Virus record (IMG/VR): IMGVR_UViG_3300026518_000009 | Span: 16,247 to 80,246 of that record | Source of the DNA: a virus | Length of the DNA stretch: 64,000 nt | Direction: 5' to 3' (one strand) | Program-made: the position numbers and the translations under genes | Part shown: positions 50,982-62,600 of the stretch, piece after piece | Numbering within the stretch: the stretch's first letter is position 1 | Layout: every line of letters starts with the position of its first letter | The notes under the pieces: model-generated | Told to the model about the DNA's origin: nothing | Database searches by the model: none | The model's input: only the letters and a program-made list of their open reading frames with translations

Positions 50982-52079
50982 ATGTTAGTAGATAATAAAA
51001 AAGTTTGGATATATTGGAGAAAATTAGAAAGTTCATATTCTTATGCAAATAGAAAAGTATTAGTTGAACCTCCTCGTAAAATTGGTGGTTCTATTTCTTC
51101 TACTTCTAAAATGTTAGCAAATGTTGAAGAACAAAAAGAGATTATGCCTGATATTATATCTGTAAGTCCTACATCACCTAATTGGTCTGAATTATTATCA
51201 TCTTATTGGAATAGTATAAGTATTGAAATTCCTGAAAGTGGTAAAGAATTAGAAGTAGGTTTTATATATGATATTCAGAATTCTAGTAAATCTAAATATA
51301 TTAAACAAATTAATGATAGTATTAATTCAGAGAAATCTAAGTTAACTACTGATAATGATTTAAAATCTTATATAGATAATAAACTAAATAAAGTATTATT
51401 AGATTTTAATAAAAGTTTAAAACTTCTTAATAGTATTACGAATGATAAAGCTCGTGAAGCAGCTAAAACAAAAGCTTATAAGGATAAATATGATTCAATT
51501 GTACGAATCGAATCAGAACGATATAAAGTTGGTACTCCTATCAGCCCTGATAACTATATGTTATATCGTTATTGTCTTATTTATCGTGATGTTGCTAATG
51601 AATTTAATTTAGCTACTAAAAGTCCTTATATTAGATTTTACTTACATAGTGAAGAAGATATTAAGAGATTTAAAGAACAAGCTTATAAATTAGAAAGAAG
51701 TCGTATGTCTGCTTATCTTGATACTATTAAGAGTGTAAGTAAAGTTGAGAATGTATTATATGCTATGGGTTTTGGTGAAGAAATTCCTAAAGAAGATATA
51801 GATAAATATACATATCTTGATAAAAAATCAAAAGAAAATTCAAATAAATTTATCAGTATTGCAACTAATAAAAATTTAGAAATATTAGGTTTAATTGAAA
51901 AATATATACAAAGCAACATTTTACATAGACTATCAGGTAGTCAGGTAATTGTAGATGGGGTTGATTCATCTAAAATTATTGGTAATAATGTAAATGAAGT
52001 TGTAAGTTGGTTTAGCAATAAATCTAATGCTGCTGAAGTTAGTGAATATGCTGCTAAGTTTAAAAGTTTACCTAAATAA
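50982..52079 (+). CDS. conserved crAss-like structural-module protein
   Basis: Immediately after MCP; KIGGSISS, YMLYRYCLIYRDVAN, IIGNNVNEVVSWF. Confidence 0.8.
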   Translation: MLVDNKKVWIYWRKLESSYSYANRKVLVEPPRKIGGSISSTSKMLANVEEQKEIMPDIISVSPTSPNWSELLSSYWNSISIEIPESGKELEVGFIYDIQNSSKSKYIKQINDSINSEKSKLTTDNDLKSYIDNKLNKVLLDFNKSLKLLNSITNDKAREAAKTKAYKDKYDSIVRIESERYKVGTPISPDNYMLYRYCLIYRDVANEFNLATKSPYIRFYLHSEEDIKRFKEQAYKLERSRMSAYLDTIKSVSKVENVLYAMGFGEEIPKEDIDKYTYLDKKSKENSNKFISIATNKNLEILGLIEKYIQSNILHRLSGSQVIVDGVDSSKIIGNNVNEVVSWFSNKSNAAEVSEYAAKFKSLPK

Positions 52080-52097
52080 TAACTAAAATTAAATAAA

Positions 52098-53297
52098 ATG
52101 AAAGATGTTTTTATTACTGCCGATGCAGCTGAATATCCATTAGTAAGTGCAGTTGCAGGAGTTTGGGAAATAAATAAATTATCTACTGGTGCATTGGCAC
52201 TCTTTAATGAAGATGGTAGTATAATTAGTAATGATGTAGATGTTACGAATATTACGAAGAATGATATTACTGGAGATGTAGTTGAAATTGTTTTATCTAC
52301 AACTACTGGAACTCCTAAAGTATCAATTCCTATTCGTAGAAAAAATCTTATTCATTCTAAAGTTCCATATTCTGCACCTGTAGCTGCAGTTAAGGTTCTT
52401 GGTGGAGAAGTTAATGGAGGGGCTAGTACATATAGTCTTAATCTTCCTAGTAGTATTTCTGCTGGTGATTATGTTGGAGTTGATATTGTTGATTTAAGTA
52501 AACCAGTTGAAAATACTCAGCGTGTTAAAACATATGGTTTTACTGCTGTTAATACAGATTCATTAGCTGGCACTGGAATTAATAATATTATTAGTAAATT
52601 AGTAAGTCTCATTAATAATGATCCTAATGCTGTAGTTACAGCTAGTGCTAATAATGATGGTACTAATAATACTGGTATCAAATTTATTGCTAAAAGTGCT
52701 GGAAATGATTTTGCAATTGCTAAAGAAGATGGTGTTCTTAAAGATGCAAATATTGTTGAATATAAAGTAGTTGATGGAATTTATACTCCTAGTGCTACTA
52801 CTACAGTAATTGCTAATGATGTTGGACATGGTACCTATGCTCATGTTGCTAAATCTGAAAAAGATTTATTACCATATAGTGGTCGTAATGGTGGACATGT
52901 TCTTGAAAATGAACTTTGGTCTGCTAAAAATCAAGCTGTTCCTGGACTTACTTATGATACATATGTATTAATTTTTACTCCTAAGCGTGATTCTTTATTA
53001 AGTCCTACTGGAAATAATGAACAATTGATTAACATTTTTGTTCCTACTGCTAATAAATATGCAGCAGATGCTATTACTAGTGGTACACTTGTTGTTGGAA
53101 AAGCTTATGAAATTGTTACATTTGTATCAGGTGATGATTTTACTAATGTAGGAGCTTCTTCAAATAAATCTGGAGTTGTATTTGTAGCAACTGAAACTAC
53201 TCCAACTACTTGGACGAATACTTCTAGTTTAAGAGAATTAAATTCTAATAGTATTAATTATGCTTTAGATGTGATACTTCCGTTGGTTGCTGAGTAA
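52098..53297 (+). CDS. putative auxiliary capsid/structural protein
   Basis: Ala/Gly/Thr/Val-rich, crAss-like locus, followed by a strong terminator. Confidence 0.7.
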   Translation: MKDVFITADAAEYPLVSAVAGVWEINKLSTGALALFNEDGSIISNDVDVTNITKNDITGDVVEIVLSTTTGTPKVSIPIRRKNLIHSKVPYSAPVAAVKVLGGEVNGGASTYSLNLPSSISAGDYVGVDIVDLSKPVENTQRVKTYGFTAVNTDSLAGTGINNIISKLVSLINNDPNAVVTASANNDGTNNTGIKFIAKSAGNDFAIAKEDGVLKDANIVEYKVVDGIYTPSATTTVIANDVGHGTYAHVAKSEKDLLPYSGRNGGHVLENELWSAKNQAVPGLTYDTYVLIFTPKRDSLLSPTGNNEQLINIFVPTANKYAADAITSGTLVVGKAYEIVTFVSGDDFTNVGASSNKSGVVFVATETTPTTWTNTSSLRELNSNSINYALDVILPLVAE

Positions 53298-53312
53298 TTT
53301 TTTTTCATGATT

Positions 53313-53337
53313 AGGGGAGTGTAATGCTCCCCTTTTT
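53313..53337 (+). terminator. Intrinsic terminator
   Basis: AGGGGAGT-GTAAT-GCTCCCCT-TTTT. Confidence 0.85.
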
Positions 53338-53350
53338 AATATTTTATATT

Positions 53351-54550
53351 ATGACTATATCTGAAATGCACATTGGTATTGATTTATTACTTCAAAGATT
53401 GAATAGTGAAATTGATGCTGATATTGAACCTAAAGAAAAAGATTACTTTATTAATCTTACAACTAAATTACTTATAAAAGCTATATTAATTAATGAAAAG
53501 AATTCTATTGAACCATATATATCTAGAGAAGATATTAATAGATATTATAATTCACTTAGAGTTTTTATTAATGAATATAATTTAGATTTATATAATTATG
53601 GAAAATATTATAGCGGTAAGATACCAGTAACAGATGGATATAATAATAGTATAAAATCTGGATTATTAATTGATGGAGTTACATATAGAATAAAAACTAA
53701 AGGAAATACTGATTTATCTAATTTTGGTTATGATAAATCATCTGATACTTTTAAATGTAATACTAAATTAGTAAACAACATATCTACATTAGGAGTTGGT
53801 ACTTATAAAATTATTAATCCTGGCAATTTATTATTAGATAATACAGCAGTTATATATAATAATATTGAACCAGAAAGTATATTTATAATTACTGGAACTA
53901 ATACTTCAACATCAGATAGTAATACATTAATAAAACCATTAAAAATATCTCCTGTTTGGGATGATACAACAGAGCTAGAAATAGTAAAAGATATAAATTA
54001 TTATGAAGGTATAGGAGTTACATCATTTGTATCTAACGACAAAATAGTTAATTCTAATAATATTGTTATTGGAAACACATATGTTGTAAATAAAGATAAT
54101 ATTGATATTAGTGCTATATATAATTATAATATACTTAATGCTAATAAAGGAATGATATTTAAAACAATATCTAATACTATAAATACTATAAATGATGAAG
54201 ACTTACTTGAGTTAGATGAGGTAGATTGTAGATTACCATTAGATAGAGAAATAAATAATTATCTTCATAATTCGTTTGGAAATATTAAAACTAATCCGTT
54301 GTTTACTTATTATGATGATGAAATTAGAATATATACAAACAATAAGTTTAAAATATATAAAGCTATTTTAAAATATATTATTACTCCTAAAGATGTAGAT
54401 GTAGAAAATAGTATTAATAGTCCATTACCAGAAAGTATGCATGAATTTTTACTTGAATTAGTAGTTAAGAAAATAGCTTCTACAATAAACAGTCCAGATT
54501 ATCAATATATTAGAAATGATATTATTGATAATAACAAAATAGTTGAATAA
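53351..54550 (+). CDS. ring/head-tail connector protein with inserted repeats
   Basis: MTISEMHIGIDLLLQ...EKDYFIN N-terminus and YIITPKDV...LPESMHEFLLELVV C-terminus. The track start at 53324 overlaps the terminator. Confidence 0.75.
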   Translation: MTISEMHIGIDLLLQRLNSEIDADIEPKEKDYFINLTTKLLIKAILINEKNSIEPYISREDINRYYNSLRVFINEYNLDLYNYGKYYSGKIPVTDGYNNSIKSGLLIDGVTYRIKTKGNTDLSNFGYDKSSDTFKCNTKLVNNISTLGVGTYKIINPGNLLLDNTAVIYNNIEPESIFIITGTNTSTSDSNTLIKPLKISPVWDDTTELEIVKDINYYEGIGVTSFVSNDKIVNSNNIVIGNTYVVNKDNIDISAIYNYNILNANKGMIFKTISNTINTINDEDLLELDEVDCRLPLDREINNYLHNSFGNIKTNPLFTYYDDEIRIYTNNKFKIYKAILKYIITPKDVDVENSINSPLPESMHEFLLELVVKKIASTINSPDYQYIRNDIIDNNKIVE

Positions 54551-54771
54551 TGCAACAATTAATACGTTCAAAAAGTAAAAGATTAAGAATTGCTATTTTA
54601 GCATTTTTTATATATATAATATTAGGTATAATAACTTTATTTACAGATTCTAGTGCGTTAAGTGGAATGGGAATTTATGTTGGAAGTACTAGTTTACCAA
54701 TATTAGTTTATATACTTGGAGAATCATTTAGACCATCTAATAAAAATAATAATAATGGATCAGGATGTTAA
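54550..54771 (+). CDS. putative holin (2 TM)
   Basis: 73 aa, two hydrophobic helices, basic termini. Confidence 0.55.
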   Translation: MQQLIRSKSKRLRIAILAFFIYIILGIITLFTDSSALSGMGIYVGSTSLPILVYILGESFRPSNKNNNNGSGC

Positions 54772-55171
54772 AGATAAATTTGAAGTAAATAAACAAGAAC
54801 ATAACGCTATGATACAACAGATAACTAATAGTAGATTTGAATTAAGAATATTAGTTGCTGTATTAGGTATTCTTATGAGTGTTATTATTTATCTTCTTAG
54901 TGATAATGTTAGATATCAAAAATTAGCATATAAAGCTAATATTGAAAGATATGATTATAATCATAAATTAGACTATACTATAAAAGGATTAACGTATAAG
55001 GTTAATTCATTATCTAGTGATGTTACAAAATTGTCTAATTTTGTTTATACTATTAATTACAAAATAAATAAGAGAGATAGTATATTTTATTATAATGAAT
55101 ATAGTATATTAAAAAGAGATTTTTATAATTATAGAAGTGAACATGATGGTAAAATACATAATGCAGAATAG
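54755..55171 (+). CDS. single-TM coiled-coil protein (lysis-associated?)
   Basis: Start MDQDVK; one TM followed by a coiled coil. Confidence 0.55.
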   Translation: MDQDVKDKFEVNKQEHNAMIQQITNSRFELRILVAVLGILMSVIIYLLSDNVRYQKLAYKANIERYDYNHKLDYTIKGLTYKVNSLSSDVTKLSNFVYTINYKINKRDSIFYYNEYSILKRDFYNYRSEHDGKIHNAE

Positions 55172-55622
55172 ACGATGGTATTATCCCGATACTACTATAT
55201 CATCATTACATATAGATTTTAATAAAGTAGGATATACATTAGAAGATACAGTAAGAGCTAATGGAATAAAAGTTAAAAATTATACTGCTATTCCAGAAAA
55301 TATATCTGGATATAATGTTGCTATTAAATATTCTAATCATTTTAAAAAAGATGTAGTTGTATTATATACTGATATTATTGATGGAATATATACTATAAAA
55401 AAGAACGGAGTTATATTTACTAACATATATTCTCATGGTGGAAATGATAATAAAGATACAGATGGATGTATATTAGTAGCTAAAAATAAAGGTATAATAG
55501 ATGGTATTCCTAAAATATGGGATTCTATTTCTACTGAAGTATTTAATTTTGTAAAATCTGAATTAGATGCTAATAATAAAATAAAATGGATTATAAAAAA
55601 CTATCCTAATGAAAATATTTAA
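55137..55622 (+). CDS. DUF5675-family protein (putative L,D-transpeptidase-like endolysin)
   Basis: TISSL...YTLED...TAIPE...SHGGN...DTDGCILVA; start may be 55161. Confidence 0.75.
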   Translation: MNMMVKYIMQNRRWYYPDTTISSLHIDFNKVGYTLEDTVRANGIKVKNYTAIPENISGYNVAIKYSNHFKKDVVVLYTDIIDGIYTIKKNGVIFTNIYSHGGNDNKDTDGCILVAKNKGIIDGIPKIWDSISTEVFNFVKSELDANNKIKWIIKNYPNENI

Positions 55623-56121
55623 ATTATTAATATTTATATTTACTATTACATCATTTACATCGTGTGTTACACAACAAGCATGTAGTAGAAAATATCCACC
55701 TAAAATAATAAATAAGGATAGTATTGCTATAAGAGATAGTATTATAACAGTGTATTTACATGATAGTATATTAATAAATGCTGATACTGCTCAAGATAAT
55801 ACTATTGTGCATACTGCTAATGGAATAATTAATAGTAATAAATTAATTAAAGAATTACATTTATGTAAAGCAACATCACAAGTTATAAATGGAAAACTTA
55901 ATTTAACATTAATGCAAAAACAAGCTATTGTAGATAGTTTATTAAAGCATAATATAAAAGTAAAAAATAAAATAGTATATAAAACACGAACAAGAGTAGT
56001 AGTAAAATATATACATCATTGGTATTCTGGAATAGAAGAATTTCTAGCTATATTTATGTTAGGCATTATTTTGTTCATATTGGCTCGTACTGCATTTAAA
56101 ATAATAAGTAAAATACCTTAA
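55609..56121 (+). CDS. lipoprotein with C-terminal TM (unimolecular-spanin-like)
   Basis: Lipobox-like ...SFTS-C at residue 19; C-terminal TM. Confidence 0.6.
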   Translation: MKIFKLLIFIFTITSFTSCVTQQACSRKYPPKIINKDSIAIRDSIITVYLHDSILINADTAQDNTIVHTANGIINSNKLIKELHLCKATSQVINGKLNLTLMQKQAIVDSLLKHNIKVKNKIVYKTRTRVVVKYIHHWYSGIEEFLAIFMLGIILFILARTAFKIISKIP

Positions 56122-56122
56122 T

Positions 56123-56785
56123 ATGGCAACTTTAAATTTAATTGCAGATGAATTATCTGCAACATTGGATAGACCATTTGATAGTATGCTAAAAGAACGT
56201 ATAAAGTCTTCTTTTAGACATGCTATATATACGTTATTAAGACAGCAAATTAATAAATATGGAATTAATGATAATTATAAAACTAGATTTTATAGTGATT
56301 TAATGCTTACTGAAGATATTACTAATTCTAATAATATTAATTTATATAGAAGTAAAAATAAAATTCCAACACCATTACGATATAATTCAGATGACCCATT
56401 TACTTCAGTTACTATTTTAGATAGTAGTAATGTTAATTATAGTAATAATCCATTTTTATTTAGTAAACCTATAGAAATAAAATATAATGGTTTATTAGCT
56501 ACAAATATAAATAAACCTCCTAGATATGTATATCTTAATGAATATATTTATATATTTAATATAAATCCAAATATAGATATTAATACTTCTAAATTAATAA
56601 TAGAAGGAGTATATCCAATTAATGATATATTATCAATTAGCGATAAATATAAATTTAATGATAATACTACTTTAACAGTTCCGGAAGATTTAATAGAAGA
56701 TACTAAAGCATTTATATTAAAATATGATTTTTCAATTACTGATGCTAGAGATAAAGTAAAACCAATAAATATTGATAATGAGTAA
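56123..56785 (+). CDS. ring/tail structural protein
   Basis: MATLNLIADEL...RSKNKIPTPLR...YLNEYIYI...PEDLI pattern of crAss-like ring proteins. Confidence 0.7.
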   Translation: MATLNLIADELSATLDRPFDSMLKERIKSSFRHAIYTLLRQQINKYGINDNYKTRFYSDLMLTEDITNSNNINLYRSKNKIPTPLRYNSDDPFTSVTILDSSNVNYSNNPFLFSKPIEIKYNGLLATNINKPPRYVYLNEYIYIFNINPNIDINTSKLIIEGVYPINDILSISDKYKFNDNTTLTVPEDLIEDTKAFILKYDFSITDARDKVKPINIDNE

Positions 56786-57779
56786 TTTAGATAAATATAC
56801 AACTGCTAAATTAGTTGGATTTGAATATACATCTATTATTAATAATAAAATAGAATTGTTAAAGTCTAAATTAGAAGATGCAACTCGTAATCGTAAAATA
56901 TATGAAAAGTTAATACTTATTAATAAAGATAAAGTATATCCGAATGATATATTAAGTTATGTTAGTGATGTTTATCATAATAAAAAGCAATACAATAAAT
57001 TTAAAATAATTGAACTATTTAATGTAAAGAATGGTCAATATAGAAATAAGATTAATTCTATATTATATAATAATGTATCTAATGATGAATTTAGATTAAT
57101 ATATAGTTATTATGTTAATTTTATGGAATACTCTATATTAGAAAGTAATTTAGATTTAAAACTTGAAAAATATGAAAGATTGAATATATCTAGTGCTACA
57201 ATATCATATTTGTTTAAAATATACTTTTGGTATATATCTATTGGATTATTAAGAAGTAGGTCTAAAATTCAATTACCATATAATGTTAATATTAGAGTGT
57301 ATGGTAAAAATCCTAATAATGCTCGTAAAAAATATAATAATAATAGTGTTAGTGTAGATTGGGGAGAATCTTTAAAAGTATTAATTAATATTGCTAAAGA
57401 AATAAAACCAGATTTATATAATGCGTATATAAATAAAAATATAAAGAAAAAGGATTTTATTCAATCTATGAAACCTTATGTATATAATAAGGAATTAAAT
57501 CCTAATGGTAAGAAATGGATTGTTAAAAGAGATAAAGATTTTAATTTATGGATTGTAATATGGTCTAGATTTAGTAATTTAAAAAATATAAGAAATTATT
57601 CTATTATTCCTACTAATTTTATTGCTACTAAAGATAGAAGTCAAATACAGTTTGCAAATAATGTTAAATCTATAGATGATATAATTACTAGTAGAGAATT
57701 AGGATTTAGAGATAAACTTAGAGTACTAGAAAGATATGATATTAATTACTGTTTAAATACATTTGATAATGATTTATAA
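56772..57779 (+). CDS. crAss-like IHF-related/hypothetical protein
   Basis: IQLPY...VDWGESLK...GKKWIV motif; typical locus. Confidence 0.6.
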   Translation: MIMSNLDKYTTAKLVGFEYTSIINNKIELLKSKLEDATRNRKIYEKLILINKDKVYPNDILSYVSDVYHNKKQYNKFKIIELFNVKNGQYRNKINSILYNNVSNDEFRLIYSYYVNFMEYSILESNLDLKLEKYERLNISSATISYLFKIYFWYISIGLLRSRSKIQLPYNVNIRVYGKNPNNARKKYNNNSVSVDWGESLKVLINIAKEIKPDLYNAYINKNIKKKDFIQSMKPYVYNKELNPNGKKWIVKRDKDFNLWIVIWSRFSNLKNIRNYSIIPTNFIATKDRSQIQFANNVKSIDDIITSRELGFRDKLRVLERYDINYCLNTFDNDL

Positions 57780-58692
57780 AAAAATAAATAGCAAAGTAAT
57801 TATATCTAGAATATTAGATACTTATAATTTAAATGCAGAATCATTTGTAAGTAGAGTTCCTAATTGGATATATAATGCTATGAGAAGTATTAAAGTTAGC
57901 GATAATTTAATACCAGCTGTAGTATATTCCACTGTTAGAGATTATAAGTGTGTAATTCCAGATAATACAATAGAGTTAGAAGCAGTAACATATAACGGAT
58001 TTAGACTTCCTAGAATAGATTATATAAATCAAAGTGTTTCTAGTGAAATGGATGACAATTATCATCCAACATTAAAATATCAATTAGATAATAATGGATA
58101 TATAATTACAACATTTAGGAATGGTAATATAAGATTTTATATAAAAACTTTTCCACTGTCATTTGATGCAGACAGTAATATATTTTTTCCATTAATTCCT
58201 GATAATGAAGAATTACACACTGCTTTAGAATGGTATATATTAAGACAATTATTATATAGAAGATATAATCTACCAGGATTATCATTAAGAGATAATAATC
58301 CTTTTACAAATCCTGCATTAGCTTGGGAGAAACATAAATTAATTGCTAGAAATAGTTTAGTAAGTCTTGATACTGATGATAGAGAAGCAATTAGTCGTAT
58401 GTTGCGTTCATTATTATCTAATTATTATAGATATTATGAATCTTTTGGTAATGTTGGTGAATTATATAGTAATAGTACAAAAATAGATATTACTGGTACT
58501 CTATTTGTATATGTTCAAAGCGAACCTAGCAAAATATGGTATATTAATCATAACTTAAATACATATCCAGATATAACAATTATATCTGATGGAAAAGAAG
58601 TTATATATGCTAATATACAATACGTTGATTATAATAATGCTATTGTTACATTTAATGAAGCTATCACTGGTAGTGCATATTGTAGGAGATAA
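57763..58692 (+). CDS. ring/tail tubular protein with C-terminal appended domain
   Basis: WIYNAMRSI, YIITTF, PLIPDNEELHTALEWYIL; extra YVQSEPSKIWYINHNL domain. Confidence 0.7.
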   Translation: MIMIYKKINSKVIISRILDTYNLNAESFVSRVPNWIYNAMRSIKVSDNLIPAVVYSTVRDYKCVIPDNTIELEAVTYNGFRLPRIDYINQSVSSEMDDNYHPTLKYQLDNNGYIITTFRNGNIRFYIKTFPLSFDADSNIFFPLIPDNEELHTALEWYILRQLLYRRYNLPGLSLRDNNPFTNPALAWEKHKLIARNSLVSLDTDDREAISRMLRSLLSNYYRYYESFGNVGELYSNSTKIDITGTLFVYVQSEPSKIWYINHNLNTYPDITIISDGKEVIYANIQYVDYNNAIVTFNEAITGSAYCRR

Positions 58693-58697
58693 TTGCT

Positions 58698-59678
58698 ATG
58701 GCATATGATATATATGATGATTTAGATTTACATAATGGTGAATTAATAAGAGCATTACTATATAATACACCAGATCCAAATAATGATACTAATCTAGTTA
58801 ATTCTAGAAAAGGAGCAGTATGCTATAATACTACTGATAATTATCCATATTATTATGATGGTATATCTTGGAAAAAATTACCTACTAATGAAAATACATT
58901 ACTTTACACTAATTTAAAATTAATGCCTGAAAAAATAGGAGGATATGATATTGGAACTATATTTGATAAAGTTAATTATAAATCTATATTAGATGGCTTA
59001 TTATATCCATATCAATATCCAGAATTTTCTGATTTTAAATTATTAATTGATAATAATGTTATAACTGAATATGAAATAGGAACTCATTTTGATTTTAATA
59101 CAAGTATTGATTATGTAGTTAATAATTTTAATAATGTAGATATATATAAAAATTATATAATATCTTCTAGTATATTTAATATTATAAATAATTCTATAAT
59201 TCCTACTAGCAATTCTAATGTAAATATTCAAATTTCACCTATAGATTTTAATTCTGTATATGATATAGATATATCTATAGAAGGACATAATACTAAAGAT
59301 GATATATTTAAAAGTACATATATAGTTAAAGTTAGAAAATATATGTATTATTATTTAGGAAATGAGTTATCATCTCCAACTACTAGTTCTGATATTAGAT
59401 TATTATCTAAATACTTTCTTGATAAATTAAATAGTGGAATATTTAATATAGATATTAATAAAAATACACAAGAATTTAGTTTATATATACCATCTGATAA
59501 AAATATTAAAGTTATAGACATTGAAAATATGAATGCAAATATAACAGATAATTTTACATATACTAATATAGATATAACTCATAGTAATGGTTTAGTATCT
59601 ACTTATAAGAAATGTACTATCTATTTAGGTGGTGCTGGATATTTAGATAATACAACTTTTAAAATTGAAGTAATATGA
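58698..59678 (+). CDS. tail-associated structural protein
   Basis: DLDLHNGEL...GAVCYNTTD...YDGISW N-domain; ILDGLLYPYQYPEF. Confidence 0.65.
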   Translation: MAYDIYDDLDLHNGELIRALLYNTPDPNNDTNLVNSRKGAVCYNTTDNYPYYYDGISWKKLPTNENTLLYTNLKLMPEKIGGYDIGTIFDKVNYKSILDGLLYPYQYPEFSDFKLLIDNNVITEYEIGTHFDFNTSIDYVVNNFNNVDIYKNYIISSSIFNIINNSIIPTSNSNVNIQISPIDFNSVYDIDISIEGHNTKDDIFKSTYIVKVRKYMYYYLGNELSSPTTSSDIRLLSKYFLDKLNSGIFNIDINKNTQEFSLYIPSDKNIKVIDIENMNANITDNFTYTNIDITHSNGLVSTYKKCTIYLGGAGYLDNTTFKIEVI

Positions 59679-62600
59679 ATTTGAACTTACCTTATGGAAT
59701 ATATGTTTCTACAAATGCTGATTTAGATGTAAAATATAGAGTTGCTAATAATACAGCTAGAGATGCTCTTATAACAAATAAATTAGTTAAAGTTGGATTT
59801 GTAATATATAATGAATCTGATAATAAAAGATATTGGCTTAAAACATATCCTACTGAAGGAAGTTTAACTGGAGTTGAATGGGAAGATATTAATCTTAAAA
59901 TAACTACTGAAAATACATCTGGCATATCTACTTTAGTTAATAATGTATTGAATATTCCTAATTATTCACATCCATTAAAGAAATGGGTAAATAAAACAGA
60001 TTTATCAGGTTCTACTATTATTTCTAATCTTACTATTGATAGTTTAGGACACCCAACAGATTGGATAACAAGAAATTTAACTCCTACTGATATTGGAGCA
60101 CAACCTGCTGGTACATATGACAATTATGTTAAATGGATTATAAGTGTTGGGGGAGTTACTGGAAATATAATAAGTGGAAATACATTAGTATTTGATGCTG
60201 GTAATGTGTTAAATACATCTTATAGTGATACTACTAAAACAGTAACGATAGGCCACAATGACATTACAAGGACAGACCCGGCTAAGACAACAATTACACC
60301 TGGATATTCAGGAACATTTGATATAGTAGAAAGTGCAACTTCTGATGCACAAGGCCATCTTACTGCCATTCAACAAAGAACAATACAATTACCAGATGCT
60401 TATGTACATCCATCACATACAGCTTATACAGAAACCCTTTCTGGAGCAACAGTTTTTGCAACATTTAATTCAGATGCATTAGGTCATGTTACAAGTTTAA
60501 CTACTCGTACATTGACCCTTGCTGACTTGGGGGCACAGGCTGCTGGTAATTATGAATTAATAGCCAATAAAAATATAGCAAGTGGATATGCCGGATTAGA
60601 TTCTAATGGTTTAATATTTACTTCTCAATTACCTCCACTGGCAATAAGTCAACCTTATGTAGTTGCATCTGAAACTGCCCAATTAGCATTAACTGTCCAA
60701 GAGGGAGACGTAGCAATCAGAACTGATTTGAAAACCTCTTATATTGCTTTGAATAGTTCAAATGCTTCAATGTCAGACTGGCAGCAACTTCTTACACCTA
60801 CCGATAATTATGTAAGTGGGGCTTCTTGGAATACTTCAACTGGTGTTTTAACTATTAATAGAAATGCATTAAGTGATATTACTGTCCCGATCGATGGACG
60901 TTATATTGTTGCCAATGCGGCTATCACTGGAGCTACACATACAAAAATTACTTATGATGCAAATGGATTAGTTACCGCTGGTGCAGATTCTACTACATCG
61001 GATATTCCTGAAGGAACTAATTTATATTATACAGACGCAAGGGTAGCTGCTAATAGTGCCGTTGCTGCAAATACTGCAAAAGTAACAGAAAGTACTACAG
61101 TAACCGCTCCATTAGTTTTAAGTGGATATAATATATCATTACCTAAAGCTACTGGTTCTGTTAATGGTTATTTAAGTTCTGCTGATTGGACAACATTTAA
61201 TAATAAACTTTCATCATATACTGAAACAGACCCTGTATTTAAAGCATCAACTGTTTATAATATAAGCAATGGAACTGGTTTTTTAAAGAATAATGGAACA
61301 GGAACATGGAGTTATGATAATTCTACATATTTAACAGGAAACCAGACAATATCAATTACAGGAGATGCAACTGGTTCTGGGGCAACCTCAATTGCATTGA
61401 CATTAGCAGCATCTGGTGTAACTGCTGGAACTTATAATAATGTTACAGTAAATGCAAAAGGATTGGTAACTGGAGCAAGTAACGTAAGTTATGAACCAGC
61501 TTTCACGAAAAATACAGCCTTCAATAAGGACTTCGGAACAGCAACCGGTCAAGTTTGGGGATATGATGCACATCCAACAACAACAAGTGATTATGGATTG
61601 CCTACTTATCCTACTACGTTACCAGCATCAGATGTATATGCGTGGGCTAAGGCAGCAACAAAACCGAGCTATACAACCGATGAAGTAACGGAGGGTTCAA
61701 CAAATCTATACTATACCGATGCAAGGGTTGCAGCAAAGGTAACACAATCTTATGTTAATGGTTTAGGGATTAATGCTGCTACTTTAGGAGGAATATCATT
61801 AGCAAATTTTGTTTATGGGACAAATGGACAAGCGAATACTTCTGTAGCAGATGTAAATACAATTCCTAAAGCTGGCTTTTATGTTGGCTATAATACAGCT
61901 AATTCTTTTACTACTGGGGATTTTGGGATAATTAATATCCCAACGTGGAAGGATTCATCAAGTTCAAGTCAATATTCATTGCAGATAGGAGCACCTATTG
62001 GGACAACAGCATCTATTAGGTTTAGGAATATTGTTAATAATACCGCTGGTACTTGGTATACGCTGTATGGAAATAACAATGCTAATAGTACAGGAGTTGA
62101 TTGGTCAGCCCAAAACATAACCCTTGCAGGTTCAATTACAGGGGCTACTTCAATCACTACAGGAACAATCACCCCAACAAACCTGACAACAGGCTATATT
62201 CCTTACATGAATGGAAGTCTGGTTAATAGTCCTGTTTATACGGATGGGGTTAATGTTGGGATTGGAACAATTTTAAAAGCAAATACATATCCATCAACGT
62301 TTACAACTTTAAGCATAAAAACCCAAACAGGAGATTATTGCCCTATAATTGAATTAGTTGGTACAAGGTCTGCGACAAATGGTAATCAAAATGGGATAAT
62401 TCAGTTTTTTAATGCAACAACTACTCCTGTTTGGGTTAATACAATTGCATCTATACAGGGAACAAGCCCTGATTCCGGACAATTAAAATTTGATGTTGCT
62501 AATACTGGAACATTATCAGAGGCAGCAAGAATAGACCAATATGGCAACGTCTTTATTGGTTACACTTCCGACCCCACAAGTGGAAATAAATTGGCTGTTA

